Shown here piece after piece: positions 15,093-24,768 of a DNA stretch of 27,319 bases. The notes below the pieces were generated by a model. That model made no database searches, was not told the DNA's origin, and saw only the letters and a list, made by a program, of their open reading frames with translations. A program made the position numbers and the translations under genes. The first letter of the stretch is position 1. Every line of letters starts with the position of its first letter. The stretch comes from Gammaproteobacteria bacterium (GTDB lineage: Bacteria; Pseudomonadota; Gammaproteobacteria; Eutrophobiales; Eutrophobiaceae). The stretch spans positions 1 to 27,319 of the forward strand of contig CAUZRI010000001.1 in NCBI GenBank assembly GCA_963582285.1, in the 5' to 3' direction.

Positions 15093-17978
15093 TTATCTGA
15101 ACTTGTAGTTAAATCTCAGGCCGTAGGTCATGAAGTTACCCGGAGATACCCTTACCGAGGCATATCCATTGGGTATGGCATCAAACTCCGGGTTGTAGGA
15201 CTCCTTGGCCTCGAAGATGTTATTAGCATAGCCAGTCAAGGACCATACACCACCAGCATCCCTGATACCGGTAGAGATATTCATATCACCGTGGGTGTCA
15301 AAACCGACGACCTGACTAAAACTGTCACGGGCGACGATTAAACCATCGGAATAGTAACTCTTGGTATTAAAAAAGAGCTGATACTGATCCATAAACGGTA
15401 GGGAATAGCGAGTGGAAAGTACGAATTTCCAGTCTGGGGTACGGGGGGCTTGTGCGCCCGAACGATCCAGTGTTTCATAGCCCGGACTTTCTTTGTCTAT
15501 ATCACAGGGAATGAGATCCATGCCTAGGCCCAATACGGTATTAAACTTCTCTTCAAAGTTACAGGTTGATCCCTGAAAGTCCATCACCACGCCATCCATA
15601 ATGGCACCGCTCATATTGAGTTCTAGATTGTCCGAGACTGCCGCCGTCAGGCCAAACTCAATCCCTTCCACCCGTTGCTTACCAGCGTTGGTGGCAACAG
15701 AGGTTGAATCCAGATTAGAGATTGGCGCGAGACCAGACAATTGCAGGTCAGTAAAATCAGTACGGAAGATGGTAATATCGTAGCGGCCGCGGCCATCCCA
15801 TAATGTTCCCTTGGAACCAAATTCCCAGGTCTGGGCTGTTTCTGCCTCGAACTTTAACTCATCCACATTGGCAGGCAGGGTGGATTGTCCGGTATCAAAG
15901 CCAGCGGCCTTGGAGGCCTTGGCCCAGCGTGCGAAAAGGGAATGGTTACCCGCTCTGTAACGCAGGGTGACCTGCGGGTCAAAGCCGGGATCGGTAAAAG
16001 TGTCAACGATTGGAGCGCCGTCATCAGTTTCCTTGCCGAGACGGTACGCGTAATCCGGGGCGGACAGGCCGACCGGTCTAGCCACGGCTCCCATCCAGTT
16101 CGGCGGCACCCTTCTTTTATCCGATGATTTGACTTTGCCATCATAGCCCAGAGCCCAGAGATTGGTCATATCCACAGGACCATCAACAAAAATCCTGGCG
16201 TCATCTGCAGAAACTCGATATGCGTTAGAATGCATGGTACTGGGGTCGTCGGTATCCACCGACGCGTCACAGGCAGTGATATGCGCCAGAGTCAGATCAG
16301 CGCCCGCGGCACCGGCCCTAATACCTTTATCAATGGTATCCAGGAACCGCACGTCACAAGGTGCAATATCAAATACATATTGGGCCCCAAAGCCGGTGAT
16401 ATATACATCTTTTTTGACCGATTGGTAACGGCCACCCACGTCTAAGGAGGCCCTATCATCAAGGAAATTTAAGGTCACTGTCCCAAAGGCATTGGACCAT
16501 GACGCATCTTCCCAACCATAATTAAGTCGCTGGGCGCGGCGCACAGTGGCATTAAGACTGGAGGATATGAAATCTTTGCCGTTCTCCTGGTAGGAGCCGC
16601 CTACCATCCATTCAATCGTGCCGCCGGTGGGTGAGGTCACACGGATTTCCGTGCTCCACTGGTCAAACTCCTCCTGGCGGGCCTGGTTATTAAAGGAGAA
16701 AGGTGCACCGTTATTATCACGGATATTATTTCGCACAAAGGCGTTAAAGCCGCTGGTAGAATTTATCTCGATACCATTATCAAAGTTATAAACAAGCTCT
16801 AACACCGAGCCCCAGCTATCAGTATAGTCCTTACCACCGTGACCACCCATGGCCAAACCAGTCTGTGGTCCACTTCTCGTCATATCTTTATCTTGTGACA
16901 AAAAGTTTTCTGCAACCTCACGTTGGTCAATATTACCGATATCATGGTCATTAGCGCGGGTACGGATGTTCAATGGCGGGGTAAGGTATACGCTGCCGTT
17001 CTCGTCGCCGTTGGTCCAACCAACGTTGTCCCCAAAACAGTCATCAGTAATAGGGTTAGCAAATGGCACATCAAAACCTTCGCCTGCAAATGGGGTTGCA
17101 TCGGCATTAGTGTAGACTGACGTTGAGGAACCTATGTTATTTTTGGTGTCACTTCGAGGCTTGCTCCCGATACCGCCTCGGCCCCAGATTGGGTCACCTG
17201 GGGTAATACAACCCGTCAGAGCCTCAGAACCATTACGCAGCCGAGATTTAAACATACTTGAGGTTGCCTGGAAATTATCATTTGGGGTCCATTGCAGGAC
17301 GACCCGACCACCAAGGTGGTCAAATCTTGGATACTTGTTCCCCGTCACGGCATCTTTCAAGAATCCCTCGGATTCCTCACGGATACCGGCAACCCGGATG
17401 CCCCAGGTATCGTTAATGGGACCACCCACACCGAAACTGAGTTCAGTGGAACTATTACTACCGTAGGTGGCATTGACGTCACCTTCCCAGGAGGCCGTAG
17501 GCCGTTTGGACTGGATATTGAAGGCGCCGGCGGTGGCATTCTGACCAAAGAAGACCGGTTGTGGGCCCTTCAATACCTCAATGCGTTCCACATCCAAAAA
17601 TGCAGTCTGGATCTGTGACTGCCTGCCGTAGTGGATATTGTCTACAAACATAGGTACGGCCTGTTCCAGGGTCAGGGAATTTCCAATGGTGCCAAAACCC
17701 CGCACCGCGATTCGTTGCTCCTGAATACCACTCTGGATATAAATAGAGGGGGAGAAGTAAGACAGGTCTTCCATGTTACGAAAACCTTCTTCATTTAGTT
17801 GATCACCTGAGAAGGTCTCAATAGAAATCGGCACCTCTTGTAGTGACTGTTCCCGACGTTGGGCGGTCACCACGATCTCTTCTAATACCTGTGCGGTTAC
17901 ATTAAATGGAATGAATGACGCTACTGCCATCACAAATGCAGTGCCGCCGATAGTCAATGATTGAAAGATCTTATTCAT
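15093..17978 (-). CDS. TonB-dependent outer-membrane receptor
   Basis: Signal peptide ending VTA-Q; TonB-box region LEEIVVTAQRREQSLQEVPISI; plug motif DVERIEVLKGPQPVFFGQNATAGA; C-terminal YGLRFNYKFR. The ATG at 17978 is preferred over the TTG at 17987 because of spacing to AGGGGG. Confidence 0.95.
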   Translation of the reverse strand: MNKIFQSLTIGGTAFVMAVASFIPFNVTAQVLEEIVVTAQRREQSLQEVPISIETFSGDQLNEEGFRNMEDLSYFSPSIYIQSGIQEQRIAVRGFGTIGNSLTLEQAVPMFVDNIHYGRQSQIQTAFLDVERIEVLKGPQPVFFGQNATAGAFNIQSKRPTASWEGDVNATYGSNSSTELSFGVGGPINDTWGIRVAGIREESEGFLKDAVTGNKYPRFDHLGGRVVLQWTPNDNFQATSSMFKSRLRNGSEALTGCITPGDPIWGRGGIGSKPRSDTKNNIGSSTSVYTNADATPFAGEGFDVPFANPITDDCFGDNVGWTNGDENGSVYLTPPLNIRTRANDHDIGNIDQREVAENFLSQDKDMTRSGPQTGLAMGGHGGKDYTDSWGSVLELVYNFDNGIEINSTSGFNAFVRNNIRDNNGAPFSFNNQARQEEFDQWSTEIRVTSPTGGTIEWMVGGSYQENGKDFISSSLNATVRRAQRLNYGWEDASWSNAFGTVTLNFLDDRASLDVGGRYQSVKKDVYITGFGAQYVFDIAPCDVRFLDTIDKGIRAGAAGADLTLAHITACDASVDTDDPSTMHSNAYRVSADDARIFVDGPVDMTNLWALGYDGKVKSSDKRRVPPNWMGAVARPVGLSAPDYAYRLGKETDDGAPIVDTFTDPGFDPQVTLRYRAGNHSLFARWAKASKAAGFDTGQSTLPANVDELKFEAETAQTWEFGSKGTLWDGRGRYDITIFRTDFTDLQLSGLAPISNLDSTSVATNAGKQRVEGIEFGLTAAVSDNLELNMSGAIMDGVVMDFQGSTCNFEEKFNTVLGLGMDLIPCDIDKESPGYETLDRSGAQAPRTPDWKFVLSTRYSLPFMDQYQLFFNTKSYYSDGLIVARDSFSQVVGFDTHGDMNISTGIRDAGGVWSLTGYANNIFEAKESYNPEFDAIPNGYASVRVSPGNFMTYGLRFNYKFR

Positions 17979-18340
17979 ATAAATCAAACCCCCTATAGGT
18001 CAAATCTGGTTTTAAAAAAGTTTAATGATGCAAATGTAATGGTTTTAACTGTAAATATCTAGTTTTATTACCTAGTTGTCTAAACTTTAGTGTCATAATA
18101 CAACTTGTCATAAAATAATAACAAATAATTTCCTAAAATCAAGGCAGCACAAAAATTATTTCAATTAGCTGATATATCATAATATGAGGAATTAAAGACA
18201 ATTAACCTAGCACCTGATAAGTAACCGTTAGTTATATTTTACGTAAGTCTTGGTTGTAGGGCAATATTGTTGCATATTTACAAAATTTATATGAAATACA
18301 GATGTATCAGTTAGATAAACGATAGTGGACGCTTACTTAT

Positions 18341-18375
18341 AAACGCAAACGGCCCGGGATTACCCGGGCCGCGTT
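18341..18375 (-). terminator. Probable terminator after the secreted cupin
   Basis: 9-bp GC stem CGGCCCGGG-TAAT-CCCGGGCCG followed by TTTGCGTTT on the minus strand, ~30 nt past the stop at 18401. Confidence 0.7.
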
Positions 18376-18400
18376 AATTTTAATACTTTACGAATTAAGC

Positions 18401-19585
18401 TTACATACCAGCAGCCGCTTTTCGTTTTGCAACCTCTGCCTTAAATTCCGCCTCCATTTCTGGCATATCAACCTCCAGTTGATCGTTGAAACGCAAACCC
18501 AGCGATACCACGATGGGGGGTGCATTAATGGCCAGGTAACGCGCCGAATTCTCTGGATTTGGATCGGGATTCATATGTTGATGGTACCAGTATATGGGTG
18601 GCACAAAAATGGTGCCCTCGTTCCAGTCCACACGGATACGGTCTTCGTATCGACCTTCAGGCCAGGTTAAGGAATAACCATTACCGGAAGTGAGAAGGAT
18701 AAAGGCATCACTGCTGTGCCGGTGTGCTTTCTTATAAAGCCCCCCAGGCATTTCCGATACATGCATATCAATGATGGAGTTACCGGACATCTTCCAGTGC
18801 ATATTAGAGGTGCCCTTGCCGCGATGGTCATAGGAGTCCAATTCAAACTCCAGGGCATCGGGGACAAAGTTGGTAACCGTGTCATTGTCTCCGGTATGCT
18901 CACTATACGTGCCGTAATCCTCTTCTGCGTCATAACGGTCGGTAAAGGCAAAATCATTCTTATAGATGAAATCCTCATTGTTCATGGCATTCATTAAAAA
19001 TGGAAAGCTTGATACAGCCACGATTCGAACAACTTCGTCACTATCGTTGAAGATTTGATAACGAACATTGTTAGGTATCGAATACAGTGCCCGATGACCG
19101 TAATCGATGCGCTGTGGGCGCCTGCCTTCCTGTTGGAGAATTATGTGGCCGGGGCCTCCGAAGAAGTACAAGCCCGCTTCGTAAACATGGCGCTGGGGTT
19201 TTATCTCGCCTTTCGGTGGGATCTCCAGTATCCAGCCATCTGTGATCTGGTAGTCAGCCATCTTGATGTACATTCCGTCTACACCAAACCGGTCCCAAGG
19301 TGCCAGAGGATAAGTCCGGGCATCCTGAATCACCACACCTTCAAAAGTAGGCATGGAATCCTTGTTAGCGGCAAACCAGTGTTCATAAGGGGTGTCCGTG
19401 GGTCTTACCCGAAACATTGTGGGTCCCACCTGCTCCGTACGGGACTCTTGTCCCTTATATGACTCGATAGCGGCTCTATTCCGGGCGGACTCTTCACTCG
19501 TATCACCTGTCCCCTGCGCATTCACACCCGTGCCTATGCAGAAGGCAAATGCGAGTGTGGACAAAATTAACATTCTTATATTCAT
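18401..19585 (-). CDS. Bicupin with a Sec signal peptide (periplasmic paralogue of 9814-10929)
   Basis: N-terminus MNIRMLILSTLAFAFCIGTGVNA-Q; shared motifs TPY..W, PQRH.YE, YKKAHRH, GYSLTW, PPIYWYHQHMN, ARYLA; GGAG Shine-Dalgarno. Confidence 0.87.
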   Translation of the reverse strand: MNIRMLILSTLAFAFCIGTGVNAQGTGDTSEESARNRAAIESYKGQESRTEQVGPTMFRVRPTDTPYEHWFAANKDSMPTFEGVVIQDARTYPLAPWDRFGVDGMYIKMADYQITDGWILEIPPKGEIKPQRHVYEAGLYFFGGPGHIILQQEGRRPQRIDYGHRALYSIPNNVRYQIFNDSDEVVRIVAVSSFPFLMNAMNNEDFIYKNDFAFTDRYDAEEDYGTYSEHTGDNDTVTNFVPDALEFELDSYDHRGKGTSNMHWKMSGNSIIDMHVSEMPGGLYKKAHRHSSDAFILLTSGNGYSLTWPEGRYEDRIRVDWNEGTIFVPPIYWYHQHMNPDPNPENSARYLAINAPPIVVSLGLRFNDQLEVDMPEMEAEFKAEVAKRKAAAGM

Positions 19586-19814
19586 TATTATCTCTCCAAA
19601 AAACTATCCATTGATGGTAGGCCGATCAGTTTAACATCACTTATGTCTGCATGTTAACCGTTTTCGAATTTGTTTCACAATTATGTAACTTATTGATTTA
19701 AGTAACCCAGTTAATGCTATTAACTTACCATCATCCATGAACCTGAATAATTAAATTACATAAAATATTGGATGTATATCGGCCATAAATATTTCAGACA
19801 CACCACTTTCACTC

Positions 19815-20828
19815 TCAGGTGTAATCTGAAAAATAGGGGAAGACCCTTAACGCAAACGCGATGACGATAAAGAAGGCGGCGGGCAGCACGAACCAGTGAT
19901 ATACGGGTACTTGCTGTACATATTCCCGGGTGATTACCCGACCCTTTTCCAGGGCATCAATCCCTGCAGATGCAGCGAATAGATCGTCCTTGGTCTCAGC
20001 ATCAAAATAATTACCCCCATATTCTAATATTGTCTCGATCAACTGCTGCACATTTTGTTTTTCCTTAATCTTTTGTTCCAGGTCTACTCCAACCAGATGT
20101 ACCTTTATTCCAGTCAGAACAATTGGGCCGAGTGCTTCAATGGGATCCCGACCAAAATTATGTTCTCCGTCTGTATACACCATAATCACCTGTCCCCTGT
20201 TCTCTTCTCCCTGTTGCCTGAGTAAAAGCGAATAAGCGAGAGCAATGCCGTCACCAATAGCAGTTTTTTTCTCATTTTTGAGAATATTTTCATCCACCAT
20301 GTCGAGATAATGCAGCAAAAAATCATGGTCCAAGGTGAGTGGACTGATTATGTAGGCGTGGTCAGCAAACACTATCATGCCGATGCGGTCATCTCTGCGG
20401 CCAATAATAAAGTCTCGTAACGCATCCTTGGTGGTTTGCAGACGAGTTCGACCCTGTTGTGTCATAGTCATTCTCTCAAGCTGGACTCGACGACTAACTT
20501 CAGGCAAATTTTCCCGATCCATCACCTCTTGCATACTCTCTGATAAATCAAGAACGATAGCGATATCCAAACCCTGTGATTCCACTTCCTGTTCTGCCAT
20601 GGGCAATACTGGCTGCATGATTGAAAAGATCAATAACACGATAGCCAACAATAATAATGTAGCAGGGAGCTGTCTGATCAATGATGAACGAATTAAAACA
20701 GGGCTTAGCAGGCTCAGCGTAGTTGAGGCAATATAATTGGATTTATTTAGGAATCGCCAGGCGAAAAATATCAGAAAGAATACGAGAAACAACCAACCGA
20801 ATTGTGGCTTAAGAAAATTCAGGTCCAT
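19815..20828 (-). CDS. Membrane-anchored vWA protein (BatA/MxaC-like)
   Basis: Two N-terminal hydrophobic segments, MIDAS DLSES, DRIGMIVF, SPLT.D, TAIGDGI, TDGEHNFG, and a C-terminal TM helix. Confidence 0.88.
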   Translation of the reverse strand: MDLNFLKPQFGWLFLVFFLIFFAWRFLNKSNYIASTTLSLLSPVLIRSSLIRQLPATLLLLAIVLLIFSIMQPVLPMAEQEVESQGLDIAIVLDLSESMQEVMDRENLPEVSRRVQLERMTMTQQGRTRLQTTKDALRDFIIGRRDDRIGMIVFADHAYIISPLTLDHDFLLHYLDMVDENILKNEKKTAIGDGIALAYSLLLRQQGEENRGQVIMVYTDGEHNFGRDPIEALGPIVLTGIKVHLVGVDLEQKIKEKQNVQQLIETILEYGGNYFDAETKDDLFAASAGIDALEKGRVITREYVQQVPVYHWFVLPAAFFIVIAFALRVFPYFSDYT

Positions 20829-20833
20829 TATTA

Positions 20834-21835
20834 TCAGGTAAGCAGGCTTTCTGCAAAAGAGATACCAACCTCAACTCGATCAGCTTCTGGCATATTTTCA
20901 TGTTTACCATAACGTGCCTGCTCACAATCTTGCAACACTAAAACCAGTTCATCCACTTTTAGAGTAATATCATTATTCTTCAATTTGGCGGCTAGTTCGT
21001 TTGCAGTCAAGGCTATAGCCATTATCCCTGTTGTCTTCTCAATATATTCTTTGAGTACTTTTTCCAACTGGTCAAAACACTCACTTCGTTGTTGCTTATC
21101 CTGAATATCATACTGCTTAATTTTCTCTAGCTCGGTTGACGTCACCTGTACAATTTTATCCAATTGATGTTGAGTATCAGGCTTTTGTTCACGAACACGA
21201 TTGGTGATATAAAGGCCAGCAGGAATTCCCGTTAGCATTATTAATAGCAATCCAACTGTCCCCACCATCCCCAACCATGATATTATTAGTTGAGCTGGCA
21301 GCAAATCGCGAAGCGCAAGGCTGCTTAATTCTGCAGGTAGTGTGCTACGTAGCACTAACGATGTAGTGGGCACCACAACTTCACCCACCGTCGCAACATC
21401 TTCAATCCGTTGCCCGGGCCGCTTGTAATAATATCGTAACCTCAACTCATCAATTTTTAATTCTGCTGTGCCAACTTCATAGGTAATCAAGCTATAACTG
21501 GCAAAATATTGCGTTCCAGACGGGTTAGTTGTTTGCTTAATATTAGAGGTAATCAACTCTAGCCCTGTAAGTACAAGCTCGTCTTCAGCCAAGTCATCCA
21601 TAAGAATATCGACATTATTACTACAGAGGATCTCCACATAGTAAGTAAGTCGATCGCCCGGGAATAATGCTGTCCTGTCTACCCAGCTTCGAACGACAAC
21701 ATCGCTACTTTCGGTACCTGACTGACTAGCCTGATCAACACCCTCCACTGAGGACTGGGCATATAATGTTGTTGAAAAAATCTGCATGGCCATGAATAAA
21801 AGACTGGTGAAAATGAATTTATTAATAATTTTCAT
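20834..21835 (-). CDS. Exported, single-TM accessory protein of the MoxR operon (MxaA/BatD-N-like)
   Basis: Signal peptide ending LYA-Q; VDRTALFPGDRLTYYVEI beta-rich domain; internal TM helix (WLGMVGTVGLLLIMLTGIPAGL); helical C-terminal domain (EKTTGIMAIALTANEL...ARYG). Overlaps the DUF58 stop codon (ATGA). Confidence 0.7.
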   Translation of the reverse strand: MKIINKFIFTSLLFMAMQIFSTTLYAQSSVEGVDQASQSGTESSDVVVRSWVDRTALFPGDRLTYYVEILCSNNVDILMDDLAEDELVLTGLELITSNIKQTTNPSGTQYFASYSLITYEVGTAELKIDELRLRYYYKRPGQRIEDVATVGEVVVPTTSLVLRSTLPAELSSLALRDLLPAQLIISWLGMVGTVGLLLIMLTGIPAGLYITNRVREQKPDTQHQLDKIVQVTSTELEKIKQYDIQDKQQRSECFDQLEKVLKEYIEKTTGIMAIALTANELAAKLKNNDITLKVDELVLVLQDCEQARYGKHENMPEADRVEVGISFAESLLT

Positions 21836-22713
21836 AACCTTTTCCTTGTGGAAAACATTTTTAGTAAGGGTTCAACCACATGCTTATCCGACCTGGCAAA
21901 AACATAATCCATCGGTGCCCTGTAAAAGGCATTAATCAGTCCCTGATGATGTTTCTGCATGGTTTGCGCATACAAGTCCCGTTGAGAGTTACCCAAGCCT
22001 ACAAGTTTCCTGGTACCACTCTCCACATCCATATATTCAATACTGGAATTTCCGGCAGGTAGATGCGATTCATTCGGGTCTTCAACTACCACTGCAACAA
22101 TATCATGCTTTAATGCGAGCATGTTCAGGGCGCGTGAGTTTGTAAGATCATCATCTGTCATAAAATCAGAGATCAAAAATATAATCCCTTCCTGACGGAA
22201 GTGTGTTCCGAGAAAATCAATCGCTGGCAACAAACAGGACTCTCCAGTTTCAGATTCTGAAGACCACAACTCCTCTAAAAACTTCCACGCCCGTGCACGG
22301 TTGTGCCGGGGGGGGTAATAATTCAGTACCTTGTCGCTGAACATCATGAAACCGATATTTACCTGATCTGCAAGAGATGAATAAATAAGGGATGCGGCAA
22401 GTAACAACTGTCTCTCTTTTTTAGACCAGGCCCTGGTTCCATATTCCATACTTTTTGTTACGTCTACTGCGATAACGACATTCAGTTCCCGGTCTGCATG
22501 GGTCTCTCTGACATAAGGAACGTTCATTCGCGCCGTCACATTCCAGTCTATCCTGCGCACATCGTCACCGGCGCGATAAAGCCGGTGTTCATCGAATTCA
22601 AAGCCAGGCCCGCGTAGCATGCTTTGGTAGGTGCCTGTCCTGAGATTTGGAAAACGACGTTTGGTATAGATCTCGATATAACGTAGTTCGTGTATTAAAT
22701 GATCAGGTAGCAT
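21832..22713 (-). CDS. DUF58 family protein (MxaS-like)
   Basis: GPGFEFDEHRLYRAGDDVRRIDWNVTAR signature, then a vWA-like VIAVDVTKSM and FLISDF; directly downstream of the MoxR ATPase. Confidence 0.92.
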   Translation of the reverse strand: MLPDHLIHELRYIEIYTKRRFPNLRTGTYQSMLRGPGFEFDEHRLYRAGDDVRRIDWNVTARMNVPYVRETHADRELNVVIAVDVTKSMEYGTRAWSKKERQLLLAASLIYSSLADQVNIGFMMFSDKVLNYYPPRHNRARAWKFLEELWSSESETGESCLLPAIDFLGTHFRQEGIIFLISDFMTDDDLTNSRALNMLALKHDIVAVVVEDPNESHLPAGNSSIEYMDVESGTRKLVGLGNSQRDLYAQTMQKHHQGLINAFYRAPMDYVFARSDKHVVEPLLKMFSTRKRL

Positions 22714-22728
22714 GATGGGTTGCAGGTG

Positions 22729-23751
22729 CTACGGTATCGCTACATTGTTGATAATACTATTTATAATATTATCGGATTCGATGCCTTCCACTTCTGCGCG
22801 CACTGTGCGCGATATCCTGTGTCTTGCGGCATCCGGAAAAATTTCTTTTACATCCCCTGGCAGGATGTAGTCCCTACCATTGAGAAAGGCGTTGACCCTG
22901 GAAAGCGCTAATACATGTTGATAGGAACGTGGCGACATACCCAAAAGCACCATTTCCTTAATATCAGTCAATCCAACCGTTTCAGGTGCCCGGGTCGCCC
23001 TGCCAAGTCTGACGATATATTCCAGAATCTTGTCATCGACATGTACATCTGTATATATCATTTTACGAATGTCTGTGACCTGATCCGTTGTCAATCGTTT
23101 GGCAAGATCCAGTTTCTCAAAGCGGTGATGCAACATTTCAATTTCTTCATCTGCACCAGGATAATCAACCCTCAGCATCATGCTAAAGCGGTCCAACTGC
23201 GCCTCAGGTAAGGTATAGACCCCCTCCTGCTCTACGGGGTTTTGCGTAGCAAGGACCCAGAAAGGATCAGCCAATTCAAATGTAGTGTCAGCCAGGGTTA
23301 CCTGGCGTTCCTGCATGGCTTCCAGCAATGCACTTTGGGTTTTTGAGGTGGCCCGATTAATCTCATCGGCAAGCAATACATTAGTAAATACCGGTCCTTT
23401 ATCTATCCTGAAACTTGCAGTATTGATTTCATATATTCGGGTACCAATTATGTCTCCAGGCAACATGTCCGGGGTTAACTGGATACGCTGAAAGTCTGCT
23501 GAGATTGTCTTAGCCAGGGTTGTTGCGGTAAGCGTTTTGGCAACACCCGGCACCCCTTCCAGCAACACATGGCCACAACCTGTTTTTACAACGCCCTCAG
23601 TTATTGAGTATGGAATGGCAGCAAACAATCCCGTTAATAACCTGCGTATCATTAATTGCTGACCTACGATGACTTTGCCAATTTCTTTTTCAATGACATT
23701 TATAAGATCATAAGCAGCGGTACTATCAAGTTGGGTTTTATCCTGCATCAT
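22729..23751 (-). CDS. moxR: MoxR-family AAA+ ATPase
   Basis: GHVLLEGVPGVAKT (Walker A), RIQLTPD, LLADEINRA (Walker B), TQSALLEAMQERQVT, LATQNPVEQEG.Y.LPEAQLDRF, and SPR. Confidence 0.96.
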   Translation of the reverse strand: MMQDKTQLDSTAAYDLINVIEKEIGKVIVGQQLMIRRLLTGLFAAIPYSITEGVVKTGCGHVLLEGVPGVAKTLTATTLAKTISADFQRIQLTPDMLPGDIIGTRIYEINTASFRIDKGPVFTNVLLADEINRATSKTQSALLEAMQERQVTLADTTFELADPFWVLATQNPVEQEGVYTLPEAQLDRFSMMLRVDYPGADEEIEMLHHRFEKLDLAKRLTTDQVTDIRKMIYTDVHVDDKILEYIVRLGRATRAPETVGLTDIKEMVLLGMSPRSYQHVLALSRVNAFLNGRDYILPGDVKEIFPDAARHRISRTVRAEVEGIESDNIINSIINNVAIP

Positions 23752-24759
23752 CTATGTCCTGATAAATAAATATAAAATTGCAAAAAAAGCAAAAAACAAT
23801 AGTGGACTGTATAAATCCATATGTTCAACAGTCCGCTTCCACCCTGTTTGTTTTTGCTCTTGTCTGACAACCTCATTTAAAGAATCTGCCAATTCATGTC
23901 CCGTAGAGGAACGAAAAAAACTGCCATGGGTCATTGATGCGACCTGACGTAGAGTAGATTCATTAAACTGAGTAGTAATTTGATTACCTTCTTCATCCAT
24001 AAGATACTCAGCTGTTCCATCCTGGTAAGCCAATGGTATGGGCACCGCCAAGTCTGTACCGATTCCAATGGTATGTACACGAATATCAGCTTCATTCAAT
24101 TGATTTAAGTAGTCTATCAGCTCCGTACTTTCATCGTCTCCATCTGATACGAGTAAAAAAGTTTTTTTCGATTGCGCTTCATCTTTTGAAACCATATCCA
24201 TGGCTGAACCAATAGCGCCCGCTACATTTGTACCATAGTAGATATCATCATCTTCACCTATCCAGTCCAAAAAAAAGAACAAGGTTTCAAGATCACTGGT
24301 TAAATGTGAAAGAATCACAGAGGTCCCTGAAAACCCAATTAAACCAACCCGGTTAATCGCATCCGGCTTATTTACCAGGAAAGATTTAATCTCCCTGATT
24401 GCCCTGGAAAAACGTGAAGGTGGAACATCCCGTGCCTGCATTGAAATCGATCTATCTAAAATTAATATCAGGTCCTGCTTTTCATATTCGGGGATTAATT
24501 TTTCAATAGATAATTGAGGTCTTAACAAGGCCAACACCAATGAGATTGATACAACTGATATAGCTATTAATGTAAAGATATCTTGTTTGTTAGTTGAAAG
24601 CCTGGAGATGGATCCCAATGATAATCCATAACCTTCCTGCAATCTGAATCTACGTTTTGCGAGGATGTGTAACCAACAAAAAATTACCAATAAGGGGACA
24701 ATTAAAACGCTTATTGCCATATCAGGTTGTAAAATATTAAATTCTGGAAAATTAAACAT
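23752..24759 (-). CDS. Membrane-anchored vWA protein (BatB/MxaL-like)
   Basis: N-terminal TMs, LLRPQ, MIDAS DRSIS, D..PSR, RVGLIGF, GTN, LVSDG, VHTIGIG, and a C-terminal TM. Its stop codon abuts the moxR start. Confidence 0.88.
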   Translation of the reverse strand: MFNFPEFNILQPDMAISVLIVPLLVIFCWLHILAKRRFRLQEGYGLSLGSISRLSTNKQDIFTLIAISVVSISLVLALLRPQLSIEKLIPEYEKQDLILILDRSISMQARDVPPSRFSRAIREIKSFLVNKPDAINRVGLIGFSGTSVILSHLTSDLETLFFFLDWIGEDDDIYYGTNVAGAIGSAMDMVSKDEAQSKKTFLLVSDGDDESTELIDYLNQLNEADIRVHTIGIGTDLAVPIPLAYQDGTAEYLMDEEGNQITTQFNESTLRQVASMTHGSFFRSSTGHELADSLNEVVRQEQKQTGWKRTVEHMDLYSPLLFFAFFAILYLFIRT

Positions 24760-24768
24760 TTTATGACA

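Noticed and set aside
19055-19462. 135-aa plus-strand ORF and the other 60-120-aa ORFs nested in or antisense to long genes
   Set aside because: They overlap well-supported genes on the other strand or frame and have no motifs or ribosome-binding sites.
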